A model generated the notes under the pieces. The model did no database searches and was not told the DNA's origin. It worked only from the letters and a program-made list of their open reading frames with translations. Both the position numbers and the translations under genes were made by a program. From assembly GCA_947627595.1 (NCBI GenBank), contig CANQWQ010000002.1:39899-103898 (forward strand): a stretch of DNA of 64,000 bases, read 5' to 3'. This stretch comes from an uncultured Clostridia bacterium (GTDB lineage: Bacteria > Bacillota > Clostridia > TANB77 > CAG-508). Positions 1 to 11,361 of this stretch are shown here, piece after piece (position 1 is the first letter of the stretch; each line of letters starts with the position of its first letter).

Positions 1-1
1 T

Positions 2-679
2 AAAATAACTAAGGAAGACACAATAATCGTTGATGGCGCTGGTGATAAGAAATTATTAAATGAAAGAATTTCTAAAATCAAAAAAGAAATAAATGACACA
101 GAAAGCTCTTATGACAAAGAAAAATTACATGAAAGACTTGCTAAACTTGCTGGTGGTGTTGCAGTTATCGAAGTTGGTGCTGCTACTGAAGTTGAAATGA
201 AAGATAAGAAACTTAGAATCGAAGATGCTTTATCTGCTACAAAAGCAGCTGTCGAAGAAGGAATCTTAGCAGGTGGTGGAACAGCATATGTTAACGTTTT
301 ACCAGAAGTTGAAAAGTTATTAAATGAAGTTCCAGAAAACGAGAAAATCGGTGTTAAAATCATAATCAAAGCTCTAGAAGCTCCAATTAAACAAATTGCT
401 GAAAATGCTGGATTAGAAGGAGCAGTTATTCTAAATAACGTTAGAAAAGAAAAACCTGGAATCGGATTTGATGCAGCTAAAGAAGAATATGTTGATATGA
501 AAAAAGCAGGAATTGTTGATCCAACTAAAGTTGCAAGATCAGCTTTACAAAACGCTGAAAGTGTTGCATCAATGATTTTAACTACTGAAAGAGTTATCAC
601 AACTAAGAAAGAAAAAGAATGTGGATGCGGAGGCCATGGCGGAGCTCAAGATATGGGCACTATGGGCGGAATGTACTAA
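2..679 (+). CDS. groL: chaperonin GroEL, C-terminal ~225 aa (5' end outside window)
   Basis: Frame starting at nt 2 is open and reads [16 protein letters not shown]...[32 protein letters not shown]...[14 protein letters not shown]... ending in the Gly-Met tail MGTMGGMY; stop TAA 677-679. Confidence 0.93.
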   Translation, partial: KITKEDTIIVDGAGDKKLLNERISKIKKEINDTESSYDKEKLHERLAKLAGGVAVIEVGAATEVEMKDKKLRIEDALSATKAAVEEGILAGGGTAYVNVLPEVEKLLNEVPENEKIGVKIIIKALEAPIKQIAENAGLEGAVILNNVRKEKPGIGFDAAKEEYVDMKKAGIVDPTKVARSALQNAESVASMILTTERVITTKKEKECGCGGHGGAQDMGTMGGMY

Positions 680-683
680 AAAA

Positions 684-710
684 AGAGGGTTACCCCTCTT
701 TTTTAATTTT
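684..710 (+). terminator. rho-independent terminator after groEL
   Basis: agaggg-ttac-ccctct hairpin followed by a T-run, immediately 3' of the groEL stop. Confidence 0.6.
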
Positions 711-737
711 GGGAAAAGGGGACTGTCCCCTTTTCTC
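711..737. repeat. dispersed 27-bp palindromic element, copy 1
   Basis: gggaaaaggggactgtccccttttctc; near-perfect inverted repeat around a central base; same unit recurs at 8 more sites. Confidence 0.85.
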
Positions 738-827
738 ATTTTTTATAAAAAGTTATTGATGTTCGCTTGTAAAAAAGAAACATATGTTATATATTTAATG
801 TATAGTTTTTATAAGGAGATTTTTAAG

Positions 828-1448
828 ATGTATTCATATATTAAAGGTGATTTAGAAGAAAAATCAAATGGTTATGTTGTTATAGATAATAACGGAATTG
901 GATATAAAATTTTTATGTCAAATACTGCAATTGGCAGAGTTGGCGAGCTTCACTCAAAAGTTAAAGTTTATACATATTATCATGTAAGAGAAGATAATAT
1001 TAGCCTTTACGGTTTTAATACAAAACAAGAATTAAGAATGTTTGAGCTTTTAATTTCAGTTAGTGGAATTGGATCAAAATCTGCAATGAATATGCTTTCA
1101 AACATTGAGCCATCTACATTTGCTGTTGCCGTAGTTTCAGGAGATATAAAAAAAATAACTGGACTTCCTGGAATTGGAAACAAAACAGCTCAAAGGCTTG
1201 TCTTAGAACTAAAAGATAAGTTAAAAGCTGAGCAAGAGTTAACAAACTCAGAAAATCTTGAAATCGAAGAACAAGAATCTAATGGTAAAACAAAGACAAA
1301 AGTTAAGCCAAAAAGTTTATCAAGTGATGCTTCTGATGCGCTTCAAATCTTGGGATATAACAAAAGAGATATTGACGCCGTTTTGGAAAAAATTGATATG
1401 AGTCAAACAACAGAAGAAATCATAAAACAAGCATTGAAAATGCTATAA
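828..1448 (+). CDS. ruvA: Holliday junction branch-migration protein RuvA
   Basis: MYSYIKGDLEEKSNGYVVIDNNGIGYKIFMSNTAI...LISVSGIGSKSAMNMLS...LPGIGNKTAQRLVLELKDKL; AAGGAG RBS 813-819; 206 aa. Confidence 0.9.
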   Translation: MYSYIKGDLEEKSNGYVVIDNNGIGYKIFMSNTAIGRVGELHSKVKVYTYYHVREDNISLYGFNTKQELRMFELLISVSGIGSKSAMNMLSNIEPSTFAVAVVSGDIKKITGLPGIGNKTAQRLVLELKDKLKAEQELTNSENLEIEEQESNGKTKTKVKPKSLSSDASDALQILGYNKRDIDAVLEKIDMSQTTEEIIKQALKML

Positions 1449-1486
1449 CTTAAGGGAAAGTAAGATTTATCCCTTTTTTTAAAAAT

Positions 1487-1513
1487 GGGAAATGGGGACA
1501 GTCCCCTTTTCCC
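1487..1513. repeat. 27-bp palindromic element, copy 2
   Basis: gggaaatggggacagtccccttttccc, directly after ruvA. Confidence 0.85.
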
Positions 1514-1534
1514 AAAATGAGGTAGGAGAGATTT

Positions 1535-4500
1535 ATGGAGTTTACGCCTGAACAAAAAGATGCAATTTATAAAAAAGGTTCAAATATTCTAGTTGCAGCC
1601 GCTGCCGGTTCTCGGAAAGACGGCTGTTCTTGTTGAGCGAATTATTCAGAAGATTTTAAATGATGGCGTTGACATTGATAAATTATTAGTTGTAACTTTT
1701 ACAAATGCTGCAGCTTCTGAAATGAGAGAAAAGATTTTAGATGCTATCTATAAAAAATTAGATGAACAGCCTGAAAATGACAATTTGCAAAGACAGATAA
1801 ATCTTATTTCAAGAGCAAATATTTCTACAATTCACTCATTTTGCTTAAATGTTATAAAAAATAATTTCTTTGAAATTGATATATCTCCAAACTTTAGAAT
1901 TGGAAATGAAGAAGAAATTATCTTAATGAAGCAAGAAGTTTTAGAAAAAGTTTTTGAAGAAAAATATGAAAATGAAGATAAAGATTTCTTGAAATTAGTT
2001 GATACTTATGGAGAATATAGTGGTGATGAAAAACTTCAAAACTTAGTTTTGAGAATCTATTCTTTTGCCAGTTCTGCTGCTTTTCCAGAAGATTGGTTAA
2101 AAGAAAAACTAGAGATGTTTGATATTGATGAGACAGAAGATTTTTCTAAAACTGAGTGGGGTAAAATTTTAATTAAAGAGTTAAAAGATACTGCACGTTC
2201 TTGCAAAGATAATATAAAAGCCGCTTTAGAAGAAACTAGAAAATATGAAGAATTAATTGATTATACTAGAAACTTAGAAGAATGTATGTCAAACTTAAGA
2301 GAGTTTAATAGTTGCTTAGATTCTTCTTGGGACAAGGCTTTCGAGTTTTTCAATAATACTGAGATTTTTCCAAAATGGAAAGTAGATAGAAAAATTACTT
2401 TAGAAGCAAAAGAAAAAGCAAATGATATTAGAAAAAATGGTAGAAATAATTTCAATAAAAAAGTTCAAAAATATCTTGCTATAGACAGTAAAACAGCGAT
2501 TCAAGATATTAAATTTATGCTAGAAATTATTAAGAACTTATGTAATTTAGTTTTAGATTTTGATAAGGCTTTTAAGGAAGAGAAAAAAGAAAAAAATATA
2601 ATTGATTTTAATGATATTGAACATTTTGCTTTAAATATTTTAGTTAAAAAAGATGAAGATGGAAATTACGTTCCAAGTGAAGTTGCTAAAAATTATAGCA
2701 AGCAATTCGAAGAGATTGCAATCGACGAATATCAAGATAGTAACAATGTTCAAGAGCTAATCTTAAAATCTGTTTCAAACGGAAAAAATATCTTTACTGT
2801 TGGTGATGTTAAACAGAGTATTTATAGATTTAGAAGAGCTTGTCCAGAGCTGTTTTTAGAGAAATATCACAATTATAGTTTAGACGGAAATGAAAATGGC
2901 TTAAAAATTAAGCTTTTCAAGAATTTTAGAAGTAGAGAAAATATTTTAAATGTAACAAACAAAATCTTTGAAACTATTATGAGTGAAGAACTTGGAGAGA
3001 TTGAATATACTGAAGAAGAATTTTTAAATCTTGGTTCAAGTTTTGAAACAAATGAAAACACTCTAACAAAATCTGAAATCTATGTTATTGAAAATAATCT
3101 TGAAGAAACCCAAGAAAATGAAGAAGATTTTGAATCACAGGAAGATGACGAAAAGTCTGATAATAGCGTAATTGAAGAAATTAAAGAATTAGAAAAAGAA
3201 GAAATAGAAGCTAAATTTGTTTGTCAAAAAATTAAAGAATTAATAGATTCAAAAGTTCTAGTTACTGATAAAAAAATCGGCTTAAGACCTATAACATATA
3301 GAGATATCGTAATTTTATTAAGAACTACAAAAAATTCAAATATATATGAAAAAGAACTTTTGAAAAATAAAATTCCAGTTTTTACAGATGGAAGTGCAGA
3401 ATATCTTGATACAGTTGAAATTCAGACAATTATGAATTTGCTAAAAATTTTAGATAATTCACTTGATGATATAGCTGTTGTTTCAATTTTAAGATCACCG
3501 ATTTTTGGATTTACAGATAATGAAATCGTTGAAATAAGATTAGTAAATCGTGATACTTATTTTTGGAATTCAATTTTAGAAGCTAGTCAAAGCCTAGAAA
3601 ATGAGGCTTTAAAAGAAAAAGTAAATTTGTTTTTAAATAAAATAAATGAATGGAAAGATGAAAAAGATTATCTTCCAATTAGCGAATTAATTTGGAAAAT
3701 TTACGTTGAAACTGGTTTTTATAATTATGTTAATCTTATGCAAAATGGTGGAATAAGACAAGCAAATTTAAAAATGCTTTTCGAAAGAGCTAAAGAATAT
3801 GAAAAAACTAGCTTTAAAGGATTGTTCAATTTTATAAGATTTATAGAAAGACTAAAAACTGGAAATTCTGATTTGTCTTCAGCTAAGATAATTGGCGAAA
3901 ATGAAGATGTTGTCAGAATTATGAGTATTCACAAAAGTAAAGGTTTAGAGTTTCCGGTTGTTTTCCTTTGCAATTCTAATAAAAAGATGAATAAACAAGA
4001 TTTACAAGGAGATGTTTTATTACATAAAGATCTAGGTTTCGGACCTGATTATATTGATAATGAATTGAAAATCCAATATCCTACATATGCTAAAGAAGCT
4101 ATGAAAATAAAGCTAAATGATGAAGCAATTTCTGAAGAGATGAGAATCCTTTATGTCGCTTTAACTAGAGCTAAAGAGAAGTTAATTATTACAGCGATTA
4201 GAAAAAATGAGGCTGAAAATTTAGAGAAAAAGAAAAGAGAATTAGAGCTTTATTTTGACGAAAATAAAATTAGTCCAAGTTTATTAAGAGCTAAAAATTC
4301 TTATTTAGACTGGATTGAATATGTAATTTTAAACTATGAAATTCAAGGAAAAAAGTTTGAAGATTTAGATTTTAAAATAATAAGTCCAGATGAGTTTTTA
4401 AAAGAGACTGATGAAACTGAAAACGAAGCTCAAATAATAGATTTTTCTGAATATAATGATTTTGAAAAAATAGAAGAAAGCTTTAATTGGAAATATGAAA

Positions 4501-5159
4501 ATGAATTTTTATCAAAGCTTCCAATCAAGACAACTGTTAGCGTTTTGAAAAAACTTGAAAATGAAAATGTAGATTTCTTTGATTTAACAAATAGTGATGT
4601 TGGGCTTAAAGAGACTGTTCCAGAGTTTTTGAAAGATGAAAAAATTACATCTGCTAGAATCGGAACTGTAACACACTTAATCTTGCAAAAACTTGATTTT
4701 AATAAAGTTAAAACAGAAGAAGATATTAAACAATTTGTTAATGAACTTGTTCTTAAAAACTTTTTAAGTGTGGAAGAAGCTAAAAAAGTTTCTATAAATA
4801 AAATTTTTAATTTCGTAAATTCAGATTTTGCTTTAGAAATTAAAAACTCTAAAAAGGTTTATAAAGAAAAAGCATTTTGCATGGAAATTCCAGCTTCTGA
4901 GATTTTTAAAGAAAATCAAAGTGAAGGAAAAATCTTAGTTCAAGGAATTATTGACATGTATTATGAAAATCAAAATGGAAATTTGGTTATAGTTGACTAT
5001 AAAACAGATTATGTTGAAAATGATGAAACAGAGCTTGTTTCAAAATATAGAAAACAGCTAGAATTATATAAACGCGCATTAGAACTTGCTACATCTAAAA
5101 AGGTCGAAGAAACCTATATTTACTCATTATTTTTAAATAAGCCAATAAAATGCTTGTAA
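1535..5159 (+). CDS. addA: ATP-dependent helicase/nuclease subunit A (AddA), continuous only if the C of an in-frame CGG at 1613 is skipped
   Basis: ATG 1535 with GGTAGGAGAG RBS: MEFTPEQKDAIYKKGSNILVAAAAGS then in-frame CGG; the +1 frame continues GKTAVLVERIIQKI... (Walker A AAAGS|GKT) through UvrD-like helicase and C-terminal nuclease domains to stop 5159. Confidence 0.88.
1613..1615 (+). other. in-frame CGG followed by obligatory +1 frame change (addA Walker A)
   Basis: frame 0 reads ...GS-CGG-AAA-GAC-GGC-TGT-TCT-TGT-TGA (stop); frame +1 from GGA reads GKTAVLVER. Confidence 0.85.
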
Positions 5160-5171
5160 AGCCAAATTTTC

Positions 5172-5201
5172 TTGACAAAAAGGTCAGAAAAAAGATACAA
5201 T
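5172..5201 (+). promoter_or_regulatory. sigma-A-type promoter upstream of smpB
   Basis: TTGACA 5172-5177, 18-nt spacer, TACAAT 5196-5201. Confidence 0.5.
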
Positions 5202-5235
5202 ATTATTAGATTTTTTAGAAAGGGGGCTAGTTTGC

Positions 5236-5685
5236 TTGGAAAAATTAATTGCTAAAAATCCTACAGCTAGACACAATTATACGATAGAATCAACATTTGA
5301 GGCTGGAATTGTCTTAAGTGGAACAGAAATTAAGTCAATTAGAAACGGAAAAGTTAACATAAAAGATTCATATGTAATAATTAAAAATGGTGAAGCATAT
5401 ATTTTAGGAATGCATGTTAGCCCATATGAACAAGGAAATATTTTCAATAAAGATCCGCTTCGCGATAGAAAGCTTTTACTTCATAAAAGAGAAATTTTTA
5501 GACTTTATGGAATGGTTAAACAAAAGGCTGTGAGCCTAGTTCCGCTTTCTCTTTACTTTAGTGGAACCAGAGTAAAGGTTGAAATCGGAGTTGGAAAAGG
5601 TAAAAAACTTTATGATAAAAGAGAAGATATGGCTAAAAAAGATGCAATGAGAAAAATTGACAGAGCCTTAAAAAATAATTTTTAA
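5236..5685 (+). CDS. smpB: SsrA-binding protein SmpB
   Basis: TTG start with GGGGG RBS; [47 protein letters not shown]... Confidence 0.88.
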   Translation: MEKLIAKNPTARHNYTIESTFEAGIVLSGTEIKSIRNGKVNIKDSYVIIKNGEAYILGMHVSPYEQGNIFNKDPLRDRKLLLHKREIFRLYGMVKQKAVSLVPLSLYFSGTRVKVEIGVGKGKKLYDKREDMAKKDAMRKIDRALKNNF

Positions 5686-5697
5686 AGGAGATAAAAT

Positions 5698-7050
5698 TTG
5701 AAAGAATATATTGATTCAAAAAGAGATGAAATTATAGAAGAACTTAAAAAGCTAGTTTCTTTTAAGAGTGTTTCAGAAGAAACTGGAAATTTAGAAGCAC
5801 CTTTTGGAGAAGAGTGCAAAAAAGCTTTAGAATATACTTTAAATTTAGGTGAAAAACTTGGGTTTAGAACTAAAAATTTAGATGGATATTGTGGATATAT
5901 TGAGTTTGGCGAAGGCGAAGAACTTGTTGGAATAATCGGACATTTAGACGTTGTTCCAGCAAATTTAGAAGATGGCTGGAAATCAAACCCATTTGAAGCT
6001 GAAATTAGAGATGGAAAGCTCTATGGAAGAGGAACAATTGATGATAAAGGACCTGTAATTGCTAGTCTTTACGCAATGAAAGCAGTCCAAGAAAAAATGA
6101 AAGTTAACAAAAGAGTTAGACTTATTTTAGGTTTAAATGAAGAGAAAAATTGGAAGTGCATAAATTATTATAAACAAAATGAGGAACAACCTACAATTGG
6201 CTTTAGCCCAGATGCTGATTTTCCTTGTATTTATGCTGAAAAAGGAATTATAACTGTAAAATTTGAACATGACTTTGGAATAGAAAATTGCGAGATTCTT
6301 GAGCTTTCTACTGGAAATAACGCGATAAACGTTGTTCCTAAATATGCGATGATAAGGCTAAAATTGAACAATCCAGATGATATAAATAAGTTTACAAATC
6401 GCGATGGAGTTCATGTTGAAAAAATTAGCAAAGATACAATAAGATTAGTTTCTTATGGAAAGGCTAGTCATGCTGCTTTCCCAACAATGGGAGACAATGC
6501 GATTATAAAATTATTAAGATATTTAAAACCAAATTGGTATATTGATAGACTTGATGAAGAGGGAGTTTTTGATATTGAGTCTCCAAGAGCTTTTGGAGGA
6601 AAGGAAGCCTCTGATGAAAGTGGAGTTTTAACTTCAAATATTGGAATTGTTAAATATGAAAACGGAAAATTAAAAATGTACACAAACCTTAGAGTTCCAG
6701 TAAATACAAATTTTGATGAGATTAGAAAATATTGCGAAATTCTAAAAGAAAAAATTCCTGGATTAGAATATGGAATGGAAAACAGTAATTCTAAGCTATA
6801 TGTTGATAAAGAAAGCTATTTAGTAAAAACTTTAACAAATATATTTAATAAAGAAACAGGATTAAACGAAGAGCCGGTTGCGATTGGCGGTGGAACTTAT
6901 GCTAGAGCTTTTAAAAATTGCGTTTCATTTGGGATGAATTTTCCAGGTGATACTGATATGTGCCACCAAGTTGATGAGTTTGTAGATATTGAAAAATTGA
7001 TTTTAAGCTCAAAGATTTACGTCACAGCAATATATGAATTAGCAAAATAA
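5698..7050 (+). CDS. M20-family dipeptidase (PepV/Sapep-like)
   Basis: GHLDVVPA...GRGTIDDKGP metal-binding motifs; 450 aa; TTG start after AAAGGAGA. Confidence 0.8.
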   Translation: MKEYIDSKRDEIIEELKKLVSFKSVSEETGNLEAPFGEECKKALEYTLNLGEKLGFRTKNLDGYCGYIEFGEGEELVGIIGHLDVVPANLEDGWKSNPFEAEIRDGKLYGRGTIDDKGPVIASLYAMKAVQEKMKVNKRVRLILGLNEEKNWKCINYYKQNEEQPTIGFSPDADFPCIYAEKGIITVKFEHDFGIENCEILELSTGNNAINVVPKYAMIRLKLNNPDDINKFTNRDGVHVEKISKDTIRLVSYGKASHAAFPTMGDNAIIKLLRYLKPNWYIDRLDEEGVFDIESPRAFGGKEASDESGVLTSNIGIVKYENGKLKMYTNLRVPVNTNFDEIRKYCEILKEKIPGLEYGMENSNSKLYVDKESYLVKTLTNIFNKETGLNEEPVAIGGGTYARAFKNCVSFGMNFPGDTDMCHQVDEFVDIEKLILSSKIYVTAIYELAK

Positions 7051-7079
7051 TTTATAATTTTTTTGTAAGGATAAATTAA

Positions 7080-9128
7080 ATGGTTGATTTAGAGAAAAGT
7101 ATTGAAAATGTTAAAGGAGTTGGCCCTAGCCGTGTCACTCTTTTGAAAAAACTTCAAATTGAAACTTTGGGAGATTTGATAACTTTTTTCCCTAGAAGTT
7201 ATGAAGATAGAAGCAAGCCAAAAGCTATTGCAGAGCTAGTTGACGGAGAAGAAGCCTTAATTAGTTGTTATCCTGTTGGAAGAATGAATGAAATTAGAAT
7301 TAAGAGCAATATGACACTTTGCAAACTTTTAGCACGTGACGAAACAGGCGGAATCGAAATAGTTTGGTATAATCAAACATATTTGAAAAATGTTTTTGTT
7401 CGCGGAAGAAGATATACTTTTTATGGAAAAGTCAAAATGAAAGGCTCTAGACCAACGCTTCAATCACCGATTTATGAGCTTGAGGGACTTAACCGAAAAA
7501 CCGGAAAAATTATTCCAATTTATCCTTTGACATATAAATTATCTCAAAATGTTTTAAGAAAAATCATTGAAAATGGCGTAGATGATGTTTATGGAAAGTT
7601 AAACGAAACACTTCCAGACTACATTATGAAAAAATATAAATTAGAGGATATAAATACTGCGATTAAGCAAATTCACTTTCCAGACAATTTTGCAGAATTT
7701 GATAAAGCTAGAAGAAGGTTGGTTTTTGAAGAATTGTTTACAATGCAAATTGCACTTTTGAGTTTAAAAAATAAATATGATTTAAACAAAAAAGGAATTT
7801 GTTTTGACAAAAAAGCTAAAATGTCTGACGTTATAAATGATTTGCCATACAACTTAACTAGAGCCCAAGAGAGAGTTTTAGAAGAGATAAACCATGACAT
7901 GGAATCACATAAGCCGATGAATAGACTTCTTCAAGGTGATGTTGGTTCTGGAAAAACAGTAGTTGCCGAAATTGCTACATATAAGTGTGTAAAAAGTGGC
8001 TATCAAGCCGTTATTATGGCACCTACAGCGATTCTTGCTGGCCAACATTTAGAATCATTTAACAAAATTTTAGGAAAATATGGAATTAAATGTGAGCTTT
8101 TAGTTAGCGGAATATCTAAAAAAGATAAAGATAATATCATTGAAAGATTGAAAAATGGAGACATTGACGTTTTAATTGGAACACATGCGGTTTTTGAAGA
8201 TTATGTTGAATTTAAAAATCTTGGACTTGTTGTAACAGATGAACAACACAGATTTGGCGTTAGACAAAGAGCTAAACTTATTCAAAAAGGCGAGTCTCCA
8301 GATGTTTTAGTTATGACTGCAACGCCAATTCCTAGAACGTTAGCGATAATTCTTTATGGCGATTTAGATATTTCAATAATTGATGAGCTTCCACCAAATA
8401 GAAAGCCAATTGAAACATATACTGTTACAAAAGATTTAGAACAAAGAGTAAATGCCTTTATTGCTAAGCAAATTGAAGCAAAGAGGCAATGTTATATAGT
8501 TTGTCCATTAGTTGAAGAAAGCGAAGAAATGGACTTAAAATCAGCAACACAGCTTGCTAAAACATATCAAGAGAAAATCTTTCCAAATTATAGAGTTGAG
8601 TGCCTTCACGGAAAAATGAAGCAAAAAGATAAAGATGATATAATGGAAAGATTTAAAGACGGAAAAATTGATATTTTAGTTTCAACAACTGTTATAGAAG
8701 TTGGCGTTGACGTTCCAAACGCAAATATAATGGTTATAGAAGATGCCGAAAGATTTGGATTGGCTCAACTTCACCAGTTAAGAGGAAGAGTTGGACGTGG
8801 CGAGTATCAATCATATTGTATATTAAAATATCAAGGAAACACAGATATTATAAAAGAAAGAATGAATGTAATAAAACGTTCAAATGATGGTTTTGTAATT
8901 TCTGAGAAAGACTTAGAGCTTCGTGGATCTGGAGAATTTTTTGGAACAAAGCAACATGGTATTCCAGAATTTAAAATTGCAAATCTTTTTACAGATATTG
9001 AAATGTTAAAACAAGTTCAATCAATTGCGATTGAAATTTTGAGCAAAGATCCAAGTCTTGAAAATCCAGAAAACGAGCCTATAAAAGAATTAATTAAATC
9101 TAAATTCCAAGATAGAATCGAGATTTAA
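7080..9128 (+). CDS. recG: ATP-dependent DNA helicase RecG
   Basis: N-terminal wedge domain, GDVGSGKT Walker A, DEQHRFGV, QLHQLRGRVGRG helicase motifs; 682 aa. Confidence 0.92.
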   Translation: MVDLEKSIENVKGVGPSRVTLLKKLQIETLGDLITFFPRSYEDRSKPKAIAELVDGEEALISCYPVGRMNEIRIKSNMTLCKLLARDETGGIEIVWYNQTYLKNVFVRGRRYTFYGKVKMKGSRPTLQSPIYELEGLNRKTGKIIPIYPLTYKLSQNVLRKIIENGVDDVYGKLNETLPDYIMKKYKLEDINTAIKQIHFPDNFAEFDKARRRLVFEELFTMQIALLSLKNKYDLNKKGICFDKKAKMSDVINDLPYNLTRAQERVLEEINHDMESHKPMNRLLQGDVGSGKTVVAEIATYKCVKSGYQAVIMAPTAILAGQHLESFNKILGKYGIKCELLVSGISKKDKDNIIERLKNGDIDVLIGTHAVFEDYVEFKNLGLVVTDEQHRFGVRQRAKLIQKGESPDVLVMTATPIPRTLAIILYGDLDISIIDELPPNRKPIETYTVTKDLEQRVNAFIAKQIEAKRQCYIVCPLVEESEEMDLKSATQLAKTYQEKIFPNYRVECLHGKMKQKDKDDIMERFKDGKIDILVSTTVIEVGVDVPNANIMVIEDAERFGLAQLHQLRGRVGRGEYQSYCILKYQGNTDIIKERMNVIKRSNDGFVISEKDLELRGSGEFFGTKQHGIPEFKIANLFTDIEMLKQVQSIAIEILSKDPSLENPENEPIKELIKSKFQDRIEI

Positions 9129-9197
9129 AGACTTTACAAATCATAAAAAATGATGTATTATAATATAACACGATTTTTAGTAGAAAAGGATGTTTAA

Positions 9198-9398
9198 ATG
9201 CAAACTTTTATTTTATTTATAGGAACAATTATATTAGTAATTGGCGTAAAATTAATATATGATGCTAGAATTATTGTTAACAAATATTTTAGCGTTTCTA
9301 ATAAAAACGGAGCTGTAATGTTTTTAAAAGTTTTAGGAACTTTATGTGCAATTGCAGGTGCGATACTTATTTCAAAAAATTGGGGTACAATTATTTAA
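9198..9398 (+). CDS. small two-TM membrane protein
   Basis: 66 aa, two hydrophobic helices, RBS AAAAGGA. Confidence 0.45.
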   Translation: MQTFILFIGTIILVIGVKLIYDARIIVNKYFSVSNKNGAVMFLKVLGTLCAIAGAILISKNWGTII

Positions 9399-9420
9399 GA
9401 ACAGGAGAGATAGAATACTT

Positions 9421-11046
9421 ATGAAAATTATTTGTCAAGACAAAGATTTTGAAATTAAAGAAGGAGTGGCTATAAGAGACGGTTTAGCTGAAGTCGTTCC
9501 AGATGACGCTATAGCAGCTAGATATAATAATGAAATAGCTTCATTAAATGCTCCAATAGATAAAGATGGAAAAATAGAATTTTTAAATAGAACTACAAAA
9601 GATGGTAGAGATATTTATATTAGAGGATTGCTATATCTAACTTGTATGGCAGTTGAAAGACTTTATCCGCATTCAAAATTTAATGTTGATTATCAATTAT
9701 CAAACGCAATGTTCTGCGATTTCGTAGATATGGAAGTTACAGATGAAGTTGCTATAAATATTAAAACAGAAATGGATAACATCATTAGAAGCAATATTCC
9801 AATAATCAAAAAAATTATGACACCTGAAGAGGCTGAAAAATTCTATAAAGATGAGACATCAGTTAGAGGAAAACTTCAATTAAACGTTCATAAAGATAAA
9901 GTTTCTTTATATTATTGTGAAGAATACTTTAACTATTTTTATGGCACAATGCCTATTTCAACAGGGTTTGCTGAGATTTATGATATTGCAAAATATCATG
10001 ATGGAATTTTAGTTAGATATCCTGATGTAGCTGAGCCAAACCATCTTCCAAAACATGTTAATTCTTTAAAACTTGCTTCAGCTTTAAATGAATATGATGA
10101 AATCTATAAAATTTTAGGTGTTAATACTGTTTATAAATTAAATAATAAGATTAGAGAAGGAAAAGAAAAAGAGCTTATTTTGTTTTCAGAGGCTTTACAT
10201 GAAAAGAAAATTGCTGATATTGCCGAGAAAATTAAAGAACGTGGAAATGTTAGAATGGTTCTAATTGCTGGACCTTCTTCATCTGGAAAAACTACTTTTG
10301 CTGGAAAACTTGGAATGAGCTTAAGAGTTCATGGTTTAAAGCCTGTTACAATTTCTGTTGATAATTATTTTGTTGAAAGAGAAAATAACCCAAAAGATGA
10401 AACAGGTGCTTATGACTTTGAATGTATTGAAGCTCTAGATTTAAAATTGTTAAATGATCAATTAGTTAAATTGCTAAATGGAGAAGAAGTTGACCTTCCT
10501 ACATTTAACTTTAAAACAGGTCATAAAGAATATCTTGGAAATAAAATGAAACTTGAACCAGATCAAATCATTGTTATGGAAGGAATTCATTGCTTAAACG
10601 ATAAATTAACACCACTAATTCAGCCAGAAAATAAATTTAAAATTTACATTAGTGATTTAACAGTTTTAAATATTGATTATTATAATAGAATTTCAACTAC
10701 AGATACTAGACTTATTAGAAGAATTGTTAGAGATAATAATTTCAGAAATTACAGCGCACTTCACACGCTTAATATGTGGTATTCTGTAAACAGAGGAGAG
10801 CAAAAATATATTTTCCCATTTCAAGAAGAGGCAGATGTTATGTTTAATTCTTCAATTGTTTATGAGATTTCAGTTTTGAAAAAATATGCTGTTCCGCTTT
10901 TACAAGAAATACCTAATACTGAGCCAGTTTATAGTGAAGCTAGAAGATTATTAGCAATGCTTCAATATTTTGACGAAATGGATGACAGCTTGATTCCTAA
11001 CAATTCGTTAATTAGAGAATTTATAGGGGGAAGCATTTTTGAGTAA
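9421..11046 (+). CDS. nucleoside/uridine-kinase family protein with N-terminal TGS-like domain
   Basis: ATG 9421 after AGGAGAGA RBS; P-loop GPSSSGKTTFAGKLG followed by uridine-kinase-like region; 541 aa. Confidence 0.6.
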   Translation: MKIICQDKDFEIKEGVAIRDGLAEVVPDDAIAARYNNEIASLNAPIDKDGKIEFLNRTTKDGRDIYIRGLLYLTCMAVERLYPHSKFNVDYQLSNAMFCDFVDMEVTDEVAINIKTEMDNIIRSNIPIIKKIMTPEEAEKFYKDETSVRGKLQLNVHKDKVSLYYCEEYFNYFYGTMPISTGFAEIYDIAKYHDGILVRYPDVAEPNHLPKHVNSLKLASALNEYDEIYKILGVNTVYKLNNKIREGKEKELILFSEALHEKKIADIAEKIKERGNVRMVLIAGPSSSGKTTFAGKLGMSLRVHGLKPVTISVDNYFVERENNPKDETGAYDFECIEALDLKLLNDQLVKLLNGEEVDLPTFNFKTGHKEYLGNKMKLEPDQIIVMEGIHCLNDKLTPLIQPENKFKIYISDLTVLNIDYYNRISTTDTRLIRRIVRDNNFRNYSALHTLNMWYSVNRGEQKYIFPFQEEADVMFNSSIVYEISVLKKYAVPLLQEIPNTEPVYSEARRLLAMLQYFDEMDDSLIPNNSLIREFIGGSIFE

Positions 11047-11343
11047 TGTTTAAAGTAATTGACGAAGAATTTATTTGTGAAAATTGTGGCAAACAGGTTC
11101 CTAAGCTAGGTTACTCTTGCAGGAACCATTGCCCTTATTGTTTATATTCAAAACACGTTGATATTGACCCTCGGAGACCGTGCCCAAGATTGCCACGGAC
11201 TTTTAGAGCCAATTGGAATTGAGACTAGCAAAAAGGGTTATATCATAATTTTTAGATGTCAAAAATGTGGAGAAATTAGAAAAAATAAAGTTGCTGAAGA
11301 TGACGATATGAATAAAATTATTGAGCTTTCAGCTAAACATTAA
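11046..11343 (+). CDS. RNHCP-domain zinc-ribbon protein, continuous only with a C-skip at CGG 11172
   Basis: ATG overlaps upstream stop (taATG); MFKVIDEEFICENCGKQVPKLGYSCRNHCPYCLYSKHVDIDP-CGG-; the +1 frame continues GDRAQDCHGLLEPIGIETSKKGYIIIFRCQKCGEIRKN... Confidence 0.75.
11172..11174 (+). other. in-frame CGG with +1 frame change (RNHCP protein)
   Basis: frame 0 after CGG reads RRPCPRLPRTFRANWN then stop; +1 frame restores the conserved GDR...C.G motif. Confidence 0.75.
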
Positions 11344-11361
11344 TAAATAGGAGAGATTTAG

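Noticed and set aside
109-600. 163-aa - strand ORF inside groEL
   Set aside because: Antisense to groEL; no RBS; low-complexity translation.
2261-3061. Small - strand ORFs (2261-2455, 2873-3061) and nested + strand ORFs such as 34186-34389, 34462-34692, 45663-45857, 46989-47177, 54531-54767
   Set aside because: All lie inside, or antisense to, long conserved genes (addA, infB, the 949-aa orphan, the MA-like protein) with no start signals.
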